From positions 32,001-96,000 of the IMG/VR virus record IMGVR_UViG_3300032401_000001: DNA of 64,000 nt; one strand, 5' to 3'. Positions within the stretch are counted from its first letter, which is position 1. The number at the start of each line of letters is the position of its first letter. The position numbers and the translations under genes are program-made. Below the pieces are notes generated by a model, which searched no databases, was not told the origin of the DNA, and saw only the letters and a list, made by a program, of their open reading frames with translations. This document shows, piece by piece, positions 39,293-48,520 of the stretch. This stretch comes from a virus.

Positions 39293-39722
39293 GCCGAAGA
39301 ACGACTGCGGCACCTGTCCCTGGTCGCTGCTCTGTCTCGGCGACGGGTTGCTCTTCAATCGCTGCCATAACTGCCTGCGCGTCTTCCTGATGGATGGCAC
39401 CGCCCGTGCAGTATACTATCCCCCTTACGACGATCGGAACCTACTCCACAATGAAGACACGATCGAAGGTCTCGCGTACAGCTGTCCGGCGTGCCTCCCG
39501 GAGAAGTGGCTCGGCTGGCAAGTCGGCTGTGACTTCCAAGAAACGCCCGGCCTCGCGCAGCGCCGTGAAGCAGCCAGTTTCTGGGCGGGGTACCGCAAAG
39601 GTGAAGACCTCCTACGACTTTGCCGGCCTGGCGGAGAAGCTCGAAGCGCTGTCGCTGTGCTGGCATCTCCCGGCGCCGGATGCTCCAGCGCAGCTGGTGG
39701 CGCCCAGCGGACTCGAAGCTGA
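39279..39722 (+). CDS. C8 family paralogue 6 (C-terminus overlaps next gene)
   Basis: NDCGTCPWSLLC...CHNC...CPAC. Confidence 0.65.
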   Translation: MPAPEPKNDCGTCPWSLLCLGDGLLFNRCHNCLRVFLMDGTARAVYYPPYDDRNLLHNEDTIEGLAYSCPACLPEKWLGWQVGCDFQETPGLAQRREAASFWAGYRKGEDLLRLCRPGGEARSAVAVLASPGAGCSSAAGGAQRTRS

Positions 39723-39996
39723 AATCGTCAATAGCGGCGGCAACGCCTTACTGGCGCTCCTGGCCGATGGCGTCACGAATCGGCTGCGGCGCGCCGGGGT
39801 AAAGCGCAGCCACTGGATGGGCTACCTCGTGGCCAAGGCGTTGATCAACCTGGCGCTGGGCATCGCCCAGAGCGATCACATCCCCCGTGAAGTGGTGACC
39901 GGCATCTTCGCCCACGCCCTCGACGAGATCGAGTTGCCGTACCTGCGGCAGGTCATGCAGCCGCTGGGCAGCCCCCGCCAGCGCGACCGCAACTAG
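39601..39996 (+). CDS. Hypothetical protein
   Basis: Likely GTG start VKTSYDF; helical content. Confidence 0.5.
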   Translation: MKTSYDFAGLAEKLEALSLCWHLPAPDAPAQLVAPSGLEAEIVNSGGNALLALLADGVTNRLRRAGVKRSHWMGYLVAKALINLALGIAQSDHIPREVVTGIFAHALDEIELPYLRQVMQPLGSPRQRDRN

Positions 39997-40069
39997 CTCC
40001 TCCTTTCCGGTATCAGGAAGTGTGACGCGGCCCTCTCTCCCAACCCGCGCCACCGGAAAGGAGTGGTCT

Positions 40070-40429
40070 ATGGACGCAGCACTCAGCAACATGTTGGCGG
40101 CGCTCGCCGTTATGTTTCCCCAACTGCGCGTCGTTCATCTCTGCAACATTCTCGAGGCGTGTGGGGTCACGCTGGAGAAGGTGGCAACGCGGCTCGACTT
40201 CGTTTGTAAGACCGATCAGGGTGACGAACCGCAGTTGACGGTGCGTAACGCGTCCGGTTACACCGCTACCATCAAACTGGACCACTGGTCTGAGGCCAAT
40301 GATGGTGGCGGCATTCGGGCCAAATACTACAACATCATGGAGTTTCCTCGGCACCACGGTTGGTCAGCGCCAGATGGATTGGTGTTGATGAGAGCCATCG
40401 ACACGCTACTGCACCCGGACGGGCAGTGA
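40070..40429 (+). CDS. Hypothetical protein
   Basis: SD GAAAGGAG. Confidence 0.6.
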   Translation: MDAALSNMLAALAVMFPQLRVVHLCNILEACGVTLEKVATRLDFVCKTDQGDEPQLTVRNASGYTATIKLDHWSEANDGGGIRAKYYNIMEFPRHHGWSAPDGLVLMRAIDTLLHPDGQ

Positions 40430-40566
40430 TGCGCCTCTCCTACCTGATGCTGCTGTGGGTGCTGGTCGTGGCCGCCGTGTTCTGCGCGGCTGAGCCCATC
40501 CCCACCAAGAACGTCTCCCCGCCGACCACCGTGGCGTCATGCCACGGTCTCACCTGCACTGGTTGA
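40429..40566 (+). CDS. Small membrane peptide
   Basis: Hydrophobic N-terminus, TGATG coupling. Confidence 0.4.
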   Translation: MRLSYLMLLWVLVVAAVFCAAEPIPTKNVSPPTTVASCHGLTCTG

Positions 40567-40580
40567 AAGGAGAATCGTAC

Positions 40581-41387
40581 ATGCGCAACAACTACGTCCT
40601 GCTGCTCATGGTCATCCTCTTCGCCAACTGCGGTGGCGAAACCGCAGGTGGCTCTCCCGACACCGACGCGGGCACCTCTACCCGCGATGGTGGCAGCGTC
40701 GTCACCTGCAACGACACCGACTGCATCTGCGTCGGTGACCCCGGTCCGACGGGACCGGCAGGACCGGCGGGACCGACGGGACCGACGGGTCCCCAAGGAC
40801 CCGTCGGTCTCAACGGCGCCACCGGCGCTACCGGCGCCCAAGGGTTGCAAGGACCCGCAGGGGCTACGGGCGCCACCGGTGCTCAGGGACCGCAAGGCCC
40901 CATCGGCCTCACCGGTGCCCAGGGCGCCCAGGGTGCCCAGGGGGTGCAAGGCCCCAAGGGTGACACCGGCGCTGCCGGGGCCACCGGCGCCACCGGCGTC
41001 ACCGGCGCCCAGGGATCACAGGGACCGACGGGACCGCTGGGACCGACGGGTCCCCAAGGACCCGTCGGTCTCACTGGCCCGGGGTTCTCGCGCGATGACA
41101 TCTACCACGCGCCGCTGACCGGGGGCTGCGTCGACATCCCGGCCAGTGGCACTGGTCCGGGCACCATCACCCTGCAGTGCCTCAACGCCGCTGACCTGAT
41201 GGTCGGTTGCAGCTGCGTGGTCTTCCCGCCCAGCGGTTCCGACTACCGCAACGTCATGCTGACCAAGAGCGGGTTCGAGAACCCGCCCAACACCGCGCAG
41301 AAAGCGTGGTGCCAGTGCCAAGCCTACAACTACTGGTCGCAGCCCGGTCGGGTGTGCGCCAGCGCACAGTGCGCTGTGCTCCCGTGA
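40581..41387 (+). CDS. Collagen-like secreted/lipoprotein with Cys-rich C-terminal domain
   Basis: SD GAAAGGAG; hydrophobic signal ending 'LFANC'; 39 uninterrupted Gly-X-Y triplets (40734-41084); C-terminal domain with 8 Cys. Confidence 0.85.
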   Translation: MRNNYVLLLMVILFANCGGETAGGSPDTDAGTSTRDGGSVVTCNDTDCICVGDPGPTGPAGPAGPTGPTGPQGPVGLNGATGATGAQGLQGPAGATGATGAQGPQGPIGLTGAQGAQGAQGVQGPKGDTGAAGATGATGVTGAQGSQGPTGPLGPTGPQGPVGLTGPGFSRDDIYHAPLTGGCVDIPASGTGPGTITLQCLNAADLMVGCSCVVFPPSGSDYRNVMLTKSGFENPPNTAQKAWCQCQAYNYWSQPGRVCASAQCAVLP

Positions 41388-41468
41388 AGTGACGGACGAC
41401 GGCGTAGTCCATGCTCACCGCGGAGGAGGAAGGGGCGGTGGGCATGGGCTACGGGCGTCGCGGCTCTG

Positions 41469-41483
41469 CTTTACCCCGTAAAG
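41469..41483. promoter_or_regulatory. TTTAC-N3-GTAAA palindrome
   Basis: CTTTACCCCGTAAAG in the gap after the collagen-like gene, at the start of a hairpin cluster. Confidence 0.7.
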
Positions 41484-41730
41484 AACTCGCTCGAGCGTGC
41501 CCACAGCGTGCGCACGCAGGCGACGTCACGTCGCTATGGCGGGCTCACGCTCGCAGATGAGGAATCGACGGTGCTTGAGCTTGCCCCCGTGGGACAAGCT
41601 CACCCGATGAGGCTGCCACCTCATTCTGAGGTGGCTGCCTCATCTGGGCCGCACCTCGTCGGCTCACTGGCGACCTCCGGCCAACCTCGAGATGTGGGCT
41701 GCCTCATCTCGAGGTCAGGCCGGAGGCGCC
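41469..41730. ncRNA. Intergenic multi-hairpin cluster (candidate structured RNA or DNA element)
   Basis: Inverted repeats at 41506-41517, 41520-41534, 41577-41601, 41603-41648 and 41669-41730. Confidence 0.4.
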
Positions 41731-41799
41731 TGCTCGTAACGAACTCAGGAGCGAGAAGAGAATCACGCAGATCAACGAAGCACCACGAAAGGACTCCGC

Positions 41800-42474
41800 A
41801 TGAACCCCGTGATCCGCATCACCTTTCAGAGCCTCACCGACTTCATCGAGGAGCTGCAGAAGCTTGGTCTCAAGCGCGTCTTCCGGTACGACAACGCGTC
41901 GTACGCCGGCGGGGCGTACACCGCGCTCGAGCCGACCAGCATGACCTACCTGGTCGCCGACGTGCACTACCCCGAGGGCGTCGAACTCCAGCGTGCCCTC
42001 AACCCGCAGTACGAGATCTGCGGGGATCACTACGGTCGCCACGGCGGCAACTGGTCCAGCAACGGTGACTGGTGCACCGCCAGCACCGGCGGCAAGAAGG
42101 AGTTCGTCGACTGGCTCAAGCGCCTGAAGGTCGATCAGGGCGCCATCAAGGGGCTGCGCAGCACCAAGATCTCCGACCTGACCACGTTGATCGACGATTC
42201 GAATGTCGACGATGACACCGACTTCTCGATCACGCTGCAGGAGAAGCGCGGCCGCGGCGAGACCGACCTCACGGTGAACCTGTGCGGCGGTCTCATCACC
42301 AAGCTACTCATGCGCATCCAGAAGGAGCGGCACGGCACTTCACTGACCTACCAGCTCATCATCGAGAACTGGCCGGCGCTGCTGCAGGCGATGCGCGAGA
42401 AGAACGAAGCCGCGTTCGTGACGGCGGGCGTCGAGATCCTCGTCGGCAAGATCGAGGTGCTCTGCAAGGAGTGA
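41800..42474 (+). CDS. Hypothetical protein
   Basis: 224 aa, SD GAAAGGA, very high GC3. Confidence 0.8.
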   Translation: MNPVIRITFQSLTDFIEELQKLGLKRVFRYDNASYAGGAYTALEPTSMTYLVADVHYPEGVELQRALNPQYEICGDHYGRHGGNWSSNGDWCTASTGGKKEFVDWLKRLKVDQGAIKGLRSTKISDLTTLIDDSNVDDDTDFSITLQEKRGRGETDLTVNLCGGLITKLLMRIQKERHGTSLTYQLIIENWPALLQAMREKNEAAFVTAGVEILVGKIEVLCKE

Positions 42475-42476
42475 TG

Positions 42477-42764
42477 ATGGCGTGTGAGACCTGCCCCGTT
42501 GCGCTCATCTGCTTCGGGGCGGGTACTTTTCACGCCTACGAGTGCGCCTGTGGCCGCCTGAGCTTCATAGAGTATTTTCCGGCGTATGAGAAGTACGAAG
42601 CGGAAGAGGACTTCGATCTGCGCCCGCTGATTCACGTCGTCTGGTGTCCGACGCCCCAGCAATGCGGACGTCGGCGCCACACGGCGGGCTGTCCTCACTG
42701 CAAACCCGAGGAGTGGCGCAACTCGAACAACCGCCGTGTGAAGTTCACGGACCACACGAAATGA
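42477..42764 (+). CDS. C8 family paralogue 7
   Basis: MACETCPVALIC...CAC...VWC...CPHC. Confidence 0.75.
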   Translation: MACETCPVALICFGAGTFHAYECACGRLSFIEYFPAYEKYEAEEDFDLRPLIHVVWCPTPQQCGRRRHTAGCPHCKPEEWRNSNNRRVKFTDHTK

Positions 42765-43198
42765 CCTGTGACCGCTGCCCGCTCTCGTTGATCTGCTTCG
42801 CCGGAGAGCTCGACAATCGGATCTACGCTTGCCACAAGTGCCAGACCGGCGTCATGCTGCCAGACTTCTGGCGCTGGTACTTCTGGCGCTGTCCGGAGCA
42901 GCATCGACCGGACGGGATCGCCGGACTCTGTGTCGAATGCGACCCACTGCATTGGGACGACCGACCCGGCCGCTTGGCAGTCGTCCGTAACCGGGACTGT
43001 ACCGACAGCCGGCGACACAAGAAGTGGCGCAGTCGGTTGGCGCGCCAGGCGACCCATCAGCGCCGCGAGCGAGAAGCAGATAAAGTCGAAAAGCAGCGCT
43101 TGAAAGAACTGGCGTGGGGAACCCAAGCACAACGTTCAGCACCACGTCGTGTAGCCAAGAAGCAAGATCGTCCGGGACGGAGGTACAAGCACCTATGA
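42761..43198 (+). CDS. C8 family paralogue 8
   Basis: MTCDRCPLSLIC...CHKC...WRC...CVEC. Confidence 0.75.
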   Translation: MTCDRCPLSLICFAGELDNRIYACHKCQTGVMLPDFWRWYFWRCPEQHRPDGIAGLCVECDPLHWDDRPGRLAVVRNRDCTDSRRHKKWRSRLARQATHQRREREADKVEKQRLKELAWGTQAQRSAPRRVAKKQDRPGRRYKHL

Positions 43199-43491
43199 CC
43201 TGCGACCACTGTGAACTGTCGCTGATGTGCCTCAGTGGCAACGTCGACGAGTCGGTGCGATTGAAATTGTGCCTCATCTGTGGCCGCGTCTGGCTTCCGG
43301 GGATGAACGTCTTCCGTTGTGCGGCACCGATGCAGCTGTCTACAGCCCTTGCACATCGCCTGACGCAGCTCTTCAGTCCGCGCGGCTGTGACATCTGTGG
43401 GCCGCATGCGCAGCAGCACCTACGCAGCGGCGTACCCATCATCAAGACAGTGTACTTCGACCTGGATGACCACGATCTGCACAGCGCCTAG
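43195..43491 (+). CDS. C8 family paralogue 9
   Basis: MTCDHCELSLMC...CLIC...FRC...CDIC. Confidence 0.75.
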   Translation: MTCDHCELSLMCLSGNVDESVRLKLCLICGRVWLPGMNVFRCAAPMQLSTALAHRLTQLFSPRGCDICGPHAQQHLRSGVPIIKTVYFDLDDHDLHSA

Positions 43492-43501
43492 GAGGCCTCC
43501 C

Positions 43502-43735
43502 ATGCCGCTGCAGCACCTGCAGGATTCCCCGTTCCCCATGACGCTCAAGGCACGCGTCGGGGGCCATGAAGAAGTATCGATCGACGAGAAGTGCACCTGT
43601 GGCCACCTGCGTTCGGAGCACTACGATACCCTGGCCTACGGCCACGGCTCGTGCGCCATGGCCATCGCCGCAGACGCCACCACGATGTGCGACTGCCCCC
43701 AGTTCACCTGGACCGGGCACGTCTTCGCGTCGTAG
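43502..43735 (+). CDS. Small Cys/His-rich protein
   Basis: SD GGAGG; 'CTCGH.RSEH...CDCPQF'. Confidence 0.6.
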   Translation: MPLQHLQDSPFPMTLKARVGGHEEVSIDEKCTCGHLRSEHYDTLAYGHGSCAMAIAADATTMCDCPQFTWTGHVFAS

Positions 43736-43746
43736 AGGAGCACACG

Positions 43747-43986
43747 ATGGCCCATCAGAAGTTCGACCCCGGCACGTTCCGTGCGGAGATGGAGGATCTC
43801 ATAGTCGTTGCTCGACGCGGGGTCCGGGCACGGACCCGTGAAGTCGCACTGAAGACGTTCTTCCAGCTCCTCCGGGAGCTGCAGATCAGCGCCGAGTACC
43901 TGGGCGGAGCGTCGGCCTGTGCGGCCATGGGCGCAGTGCGGGAGCCCCTGGCCGTCATGATGACCAAGGACGGCGTGGAGCCATGA
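43747..43986 (+). CDS. Hypothetical protein
   Basis: SD GAGGAG. Confidence 0.55.
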   Translation: MAHQKFDPGTFRAEMEDLIVVARRGVRARTREVALKTFFQLLRELQISAEYLGGASACAAMGAVREPLAVMMTKDGVEP

Positions 43987-44303
43987 TCGTCGACGCACGG
44001 ACTCGCGAGCTCTTCCAGCGCATCGGTGAAGCCCGCATCCGCCAGCTGCCTATCCTGCTCAGCCCCGATGATCTCGAGACCCTCATCAACGTCGTGCAGC
44101 AGCAGATGGCGGATTTCAACCAAGCCAAGGATCTCGCTGAGGCGTCGAATCAGATCATCGAAAGCTACAAGCAGCTGCTCGAGGAGAGCAAAGCTCGCGA
44201 AGCTACGCTGCGCACCATCGCTGAAGAGACCGTCGAGATCGCCAAGCGGCTCGGCAACACCCCTACATTCGAGATGCTGTACAAGCCGGTGGGCAAGGCG
44301 TGA
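43983..44303 (+). CDS. Coiled-coil hypothetical protein
   Basis: Heptad-rich, coupled both sides. Confidence 0.65.
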   Translation: MIVDARTRELFQRIGEARIRQLPILLSPDDLETLINVVQQQMADFNQAKDLAEASNQIIESYKQLLEESKAREATLRTIAEETVEIAKRLGNTPTFEMLYKPVGKA

Positions 44304-44596
44304 CCTGCGCGGAGTGTCCCTACTCGCTGCGTTGCCTCATGGACGATCTGCAGCGACAACAGTGTCGCTACTGCAGTCGAGTGGTAGTGATGATCGAACC
44401 GCCTCAGATGTTCGACGTGATGCGTGGTGAGTACGTTGACCAAGAAGAGTGGCCGGGGCACTTCGCGCTGATCCGCTGTCCTTCACCTGCGTACGAACAC
44501 GCTGGGGTCGTCACCATGGGCTGCGCCGTGTGCTGCCCCACCGACCCATTGTGGACGGACGTCGGCATCACCATCGAGGACCTCAGTGACCTGTGA
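44300..44596 (+). CDS. C8 family paralogue 10
   Basis: MTCAECPYSLRC...CRYC...IRC...CAVC. Confidence 0.75.
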   Translation: MTCAECPYSLRCLMDDLQRQQCRYCSRVVVMIEPPQMFDVMRGEYVDQEEWPGHFALIRCPSPAYEHAGVVTMGCAVCCPTDPLWTDVGITIEDLSDL

Positions 44597-44936
44597 CCGT
44601 TGCCCCTACTCGTTGCTCTGCCTCCGCGGCCAGCCGCGCCGGCGCTGCAAAGGGCGCTGCGGCCGCACCATGCTGATCCTCAGCATCTCCACGTTCCACT
44701 TCAACGAATGGCGGGTGCGCGACCTGAGCGGCGAGACGCTCACGGCCATTGGCCAGATGGTGCCCGAGACGATCCAGGGACACGCAGTGTTGCTTCGCTG
44801 CCCCCACGAACGGCGGGCGCCGGTAGCCGAGTACCGCTGGTGTCCTCACTGCATCGTTTCGTTGGGGAACCGCATCAACGAAGACGACCGACACGTCTGG
44901 GACGATACCGACGTCGAGGATCTCGGTGATCTGTAG
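44586..44936 (+). CDS. C8 family paralogue 11
   Basis: MTCDRCPYSLLC...CKGRC...LRC...CPHC. Confidence 0.75.
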   Translation: MTCDRCPYSLLCLRGQPRRRCKGRCGRTMLILSISTFHFNEWRVRDLSGETLTAIGQMVPETIQGHAVLLRCPHERRAPVAEYRWCPHCIVSLGNRINEDDRHVWDDTDVEDLGDL

Positions 44937-45273
44937 CGAGTGCCCGTTCTCGCTGGTCTGCCTCAGCGGCGCGCAATACCAGCAGTACTGTGTGGCCTGT
45001 CGTTGCCTCATCGTGCAGATCCCGCGCGAGCACGGACGTATCGAACTGGCGACGCTGATGTGTGAACCATTGCTCGACGGTACTCGTCCCTTCAACGTGC
45101 GCGAGCACTCACAGATGCGCTTTTCCCCAGCCAGCTTCTGTTGTCGCTGCTATCCGCAGAACTACAACTTCGATCCCTCGCCCGCCTGTCGTCGCGAAGT
45201 CGTCCACTACGTCGCGACGCAGGCGTTCACGCACAAGCAGTGGCGGTACTTCCGCCGAGGGAAGAAGGCATGA
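44926..45273 (+). CDS. C8 family paralogue 12
   Basis: MICSECPFSLVC...CVAC...LMC...CCRC. Confidence 0.75.
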   Translation: MICSECPFSLVCLSGAQYQQYCVACRCLIVQIPREHGRIELATLMCEPLLDGTRPFNVREHSQMRFSPASFCCRCYPQNYNFDPSPACRREVVHYVATQAFTHKQWRYFRRGKKA

Positions 45274-45656
45274 AGTGCGCTACGTGTCCGCTGTCGCTAC
45301 TGTGCCTGAGCGACCACCTCACCGAGTACTCCGAAGCGTGGATCGGCATGGTGGGGTCCGTGTGCACGCGCTGCGGGCGTTTCTCGACGCGTCCTGACGA
45401 GTCCAGCGGCATCTACATCTTCCACTGCGAACGCCGCTCGCCGGCGGTGATCACCGACGCCTACATCATCGGAGCCACGATTCGCGTGGGCGTGCCTTCA
45501 GTCGCGTCTGACCCCCAGGCCAAAGACGTCAAGCTGCCCGACTGGTTTCGTGATCCGGTGACTGGGCGGCGTTTGATGCGCACCATGCCAACGGGTTGTC
45601 TCCACTGTCGCGGTGAAACCCAACATGGCCCGACGCGGATCGAGGTGCTCGATTGA
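45270..45656 (+). CDS. C8 family paralogue 13
   Basis: MKCATCPLSLLC...CTRC...FHC...CLHC. Confidence 0.75.
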   Translation: MKCATCPLSLLCLSDHLTEYSEAWIGMVGSVCTRCGRFSTRPDESSGIYIFHCERRSPAVITDAYIIGATIRVGVPSVASDPQAKDVKLPDWFRDPVTGRRLMRTMPTGCLHCRGETQHGPTRIEVLD

Positions 45657-45904
45657 CCTGTGGCGAGTGTCCCCTGTCGCTGTTGTGCTTCAGCGAACTG
45701 GTCACCGAGAACGACGTAGCTATCTGCGACGACTGCAAACGGGTCATCATGTACGACGCCCGTGACAGCACCAACGCAATCTTCGCGTGTGCTAACCCCG
45801 CGCAGCTGGAATGCGCCATCGCCGCCGGCCGGGTGCACCGCCGTAGCGATTGTGAGTACGTCGCGTGCCACGACTGCTTGCGAAAGGCCATGAACCATGG
45901 CTGA
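45653..45904 (+). CDS. C8 family paralogue 14
   Basis: (TTG)TCGECPLSLLC...CDDC...FAC...CHDC. Confidence 0.75.
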   Translation: MTCGECPLSLLCFSELVTENDVAICDDCKRVIMYDARDSTNAIFACANPAQLECAIAAGRVHRRSDCEYVACHDCLRKAMNHG

Positions 45905-46208
45905 GTTCGAAATCACCTGTGCGCGTTGCAACGCGAAGATCGAGCACGTCTGCCACGAAGAGCTGCGGCAGTGGTTGGTGCGCATGCTGCGCATCCAGAT
46001 CGCGGCGCCCCGCGGCTTCAAGTCCTCACCGTTCTACTCGAAGGGGGACGAGAAAGCCCCGTTCTACACCGAAGCCTTCTTGTACTCCCTCCTGGGGAAA
46101 GAAGATGGCCGCACCATCTGCTACTCCTTCGAGCGGCTCATCCAGCTGTGCGGGTACGACCCAGTGCAGCTAATGCACGAAGCCGAAGCGGCGACCAACA
46201 AGAAGTGA
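45897..46208 (+). CDS. Hypothetical protein
   Basis: 'EAFLYSLLGKEDGRT'; coupled both sides. Confidence 0.7.
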   Translation: MAEFEITCARCNAKIEHVCHEELRQWLVRMLRIQIAAPRGFKSSPFYSKGDEKAPFYTEAFLYSLLGKEDGRTICYSFERLIQLCGYDPVQLMHEAEAATNKK

Positions 46209-46549
46209 CCTGCGATCGTTGCCCCATCTCGCTGCTGTGCTTCGGCGGGTCGATTCCGCCCGACATCATCTACCGCTGCGCTGCTTGCCGCGGCATCAAC
46301 TTCGAGCTGGGAAGCAATCGGCGCAGCTACTTCCGGTGCGATCGACTGCAGCTGCGCGAAGCGTACAAGCACACGCGGCAGCGTCGGCAGAGCTGCCTGC
46401 ATTGCAGCATGTCGATGGTCGTCTTCTATGACCACGAACACGGCAAACGCGTGCTCTACGAACGCCGCAAGCCTGGCGCCCGGTTGAAGCTGCACGCGTT
46501 CGAGACCGGAGCCCACTTGCCCCGGATACCGCCCTCCCCGGAGCCGTGA
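46205..46549 (+). CDS. C8 family paralogue 15
   Basis: (GTG)TCDRCPISLLC...CAAC...FRC...CLHC. Confidence 0.75.
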   Translation: MTCDRCPISLLCFGGSIPPDIIYRCAACRGINFELGSNRRSYFRCDRLQLREAYKHTRQRRQSCLHCSMSMVVFYDHEHGKRVLYERRKPGARLKLHAFETGAHLPRIPPSPEP

Positions 46550-46836
46550 TGAAGTGCGAACAGTGCCCCATCTCACTGCTCTGTCTCGGGGGTCCGATCT
46601 CCCGCCACGCTGCGACCTACTGTAACGTCTGCAAGTGCGTCGTGGTGCGCCGCTTCAACTACGCCCACAGACATAACGAACCCCTGAGCATCGTCGACCG
46701 ACGCTTCCCTTGTCGCGAGGAGGCGGCGCAGTTGCACCTGACGCACGTCCCGTGTCACATCTGTCGAGGACAACGTCGCCATCAACGACACCAGGCGCAG
46801 CGCCAGCGACGGTTGCAGCCCAAGAAACATCGATAA
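46549..46836 (+). CDS. C8 family paralogue 16
   Basis: MKCEQCPISLLC...CNVC...FPC...CHIC. Confidence 0.75.
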   Translation: MKCEQCPISLLCLGGPISRHAATYCNVCKCVVVRRFNYAHRHNEPLSIVDRRFPCREEAAQLHLTHVPCHICRGQRRHQRHQAQRQRRLQPKKHR

Positions 46837-46938
46837 GCGACGCGCGACGAGCGTAATCGAAGTCCCCTCTCTTTCACGGTACAAGAAAGTGGACGCAGCA
46901 CTCGACGACCGAGCGATGTCTCGGCCAAGGAGACAAGC

Positions 46939-47457
46939 ATGCCCGATCTTTGTCAGAAAGCTCAGCTGAGCCAGCAGATCGTACTGCGCATGATCGCACT
47001 CGAGAAAGAAGTGATCGAGTGGACGAAAGTGATCGAAACGCGCCACAAGGAAGTCGAGCTCAAAGCGACGGCTTTCGAGCTTGAACGCGTGCAGCTCGTC
47101 CAGGAGCTGAACGCGCTGCACGGCAGCAAGACCAAGACCCGGAAGACCAGCGCGAAGCCGATCACCATCCGCACGGCGACCCGCGGCGGCAAGCACTGGA
47201 CGCCCGAAGAGAAGCAGAACCTCGAGAACCACATCGAGCAGCTCATCAACGGTTCGCCTGGGTTCGTGGCGGGCACCGTCGCGCGTCTGCTTCACATTGA
47301 CCCCGCAACCTGTCGTACCGTGATGCAGAGCATGGCGGAGAGAGGCCTGCTGCGCCGAGTCAAGATCGCGGTCACCTTCGGCCACGGCATGACGCGCAAG
47401 ATGCCGGGCTACGCCCGGTCGCTGCGGGTGGTAGCGAACGTGGAGAAAGCCGCGTGA
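46939..47457 (+). CDS. Coiled-coil plus winged-helix putative DNA-binding protein
   Basis: SD AAGGAG; N-terminal heptads, basic linker, 'HWTPEE', 'VARLLHIDPATCRTVMQSMAERGLL'. Confidence 0.6.
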   Translation: MPDLCQKAQLSQQIVLRMIALEKEVIEWTKVIETRHKEVELKATAFELERVQLVQELNALHGSKTKTRKTSAKPITIRTATRGGKHWTPEEKQNLENHIEQLINGSPGFVAGTVARLLHIDPATCRTVMQSMAERGLLRRVKIAVTFGHGMTRKMPGYARSLRVVANVEKAA

Positions 47458-48257
47458 GCGCGGGTGGTGGCCAGTCGATTGCCTTCGACGGGGCCATCGA
47501 CTTCTTCAATGGTTGCCGTCCAAAGCGCATCGGCTGCGCCGGTTGTCCAGCGTGTCGACTACTGACGCAACACGGCATACCATTGGGCGTCGTCTACCGC
47601 AATACGGTGTGGGAGTGGCAGAAGATCCACAACCGGGACCGCGTCAAGCCCCACGGCCTCTACCTCCTGTGCTCGACCAGCGACTTCTTCATCGAAGACG
47701 GGGAACTGTGGTGGTCGGAGATCGTCGAGCTGCTCGGGTCGCGCCTCGACGTGACGTTCGTAGCGCTGACCAAGCGCCTCGAAGTTGCTCAGCGCTTCGT
47801 TACCCGGTTCGGTGCCTTGCCGAACCTGTGGCTTGGAGCGTCAGCGGAGAACCAAGAGATTCTCGAAGAACAAGTCGCGCAGTTGTACACCCTTCCCGCC
47901 GCGGGATACGTCCTCTCGCTACAGCCACTGCTGGCGCCGCTGGACCTCGCCACGAGTCTCGACAATCCGCGTCTGAATTACGTCATCACGGGCTGCGAAT
48001 TCGGTGACCACGCTCGTCCCTGCGAGAAAGCGTGGATCGATAGCATCGAATTCCAGTGCCAGCGCCAGCAAATCGACTACTTCGTTACTCGCTGGCGAGA
48101 TGAACAAGGCCACATTCAGACGAATCACTGCCGCAACAACCGGGGTGGCAACCACTGGGAATACCCTGGATTCAACTCCAACGCGAAGAACGAGCCGACC
48201 GTCGGCAGCATGGTGGCTGCAGTACAGTCGCGCCGGAGCGCAAGGCAACGTGGATGA
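47454..48257 (+). CDS. DUF5131 (phage Gp37/Gp68-like) protein
   Basis: 'GC-x6-C-x2-C', 'STSDFF', 'LTKR', 'PNLWLGASAENQ', 'SLQPLL', 'VITGCEFG'. Confidence 0.8.
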   Translation: MSAGGGQSIAFDGAIDFFNGCRPKRIGCAGCPACRLLTQHGIPLGVVYRNTVWEWQKIHNRDRVKPHGLYLLCSTSDFFIEDGELWWSEIVELLGSRLDVTFVALTKRLEVAQRFVTRFGALPNLWLGASAENQEILEEQVAQLYTLPAAGYVLSLQPLLAPLDLATSLDNPRLNYVITGCEFGDHARPCEKAWIDSIEFQCQRQQIDYFVTRWRDEQGHIQTNHCRNNRGGNHWEYPGFNSNAKNEPTVGSMVAAVQSRRSARQRG

Positions 48258-48463
48258 CAACTGCAGAAAGACGTGATCGGTTGACGCAGGCGCAGCAGCT
48301 AATCACTGAAGTGCGAGAGGACCTCGATACTCAGGGCTCGGCGTGCACGACGTGTGGGTTGAAGCGTTACGCCAACTGGTCCGAGTACCTGCTGCACACG
48401 CAGCTGGCCGGGATGAGCACTCGTCTGCAGAGCTTGATCACGAAGTTCCTGCCCCCCGCATAA
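48254..48463 (+). CDS. Small hypothetical protein
   Basis: CxxC; coupled. Confidence 0.55.
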   Translation: MTTAERRDRLTQAQQLITEVREDLDTQGSACTTCGLKRYANWSEYLLHTQLAGMSTRLQSLITKFLPPA

Positions 48464-48520
48464 CCAGCGTCGGGCGCCTACTACGGGCGCCCGACGTTTC
48501 CCTTTAGCGAAAGTGAAGCG

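Noticed and set aside
40779-41074. ~35-bp exact direct repeat within the collagen-like gene
   Set aside because: Explained by duplication of Gly-X-Y coding units.
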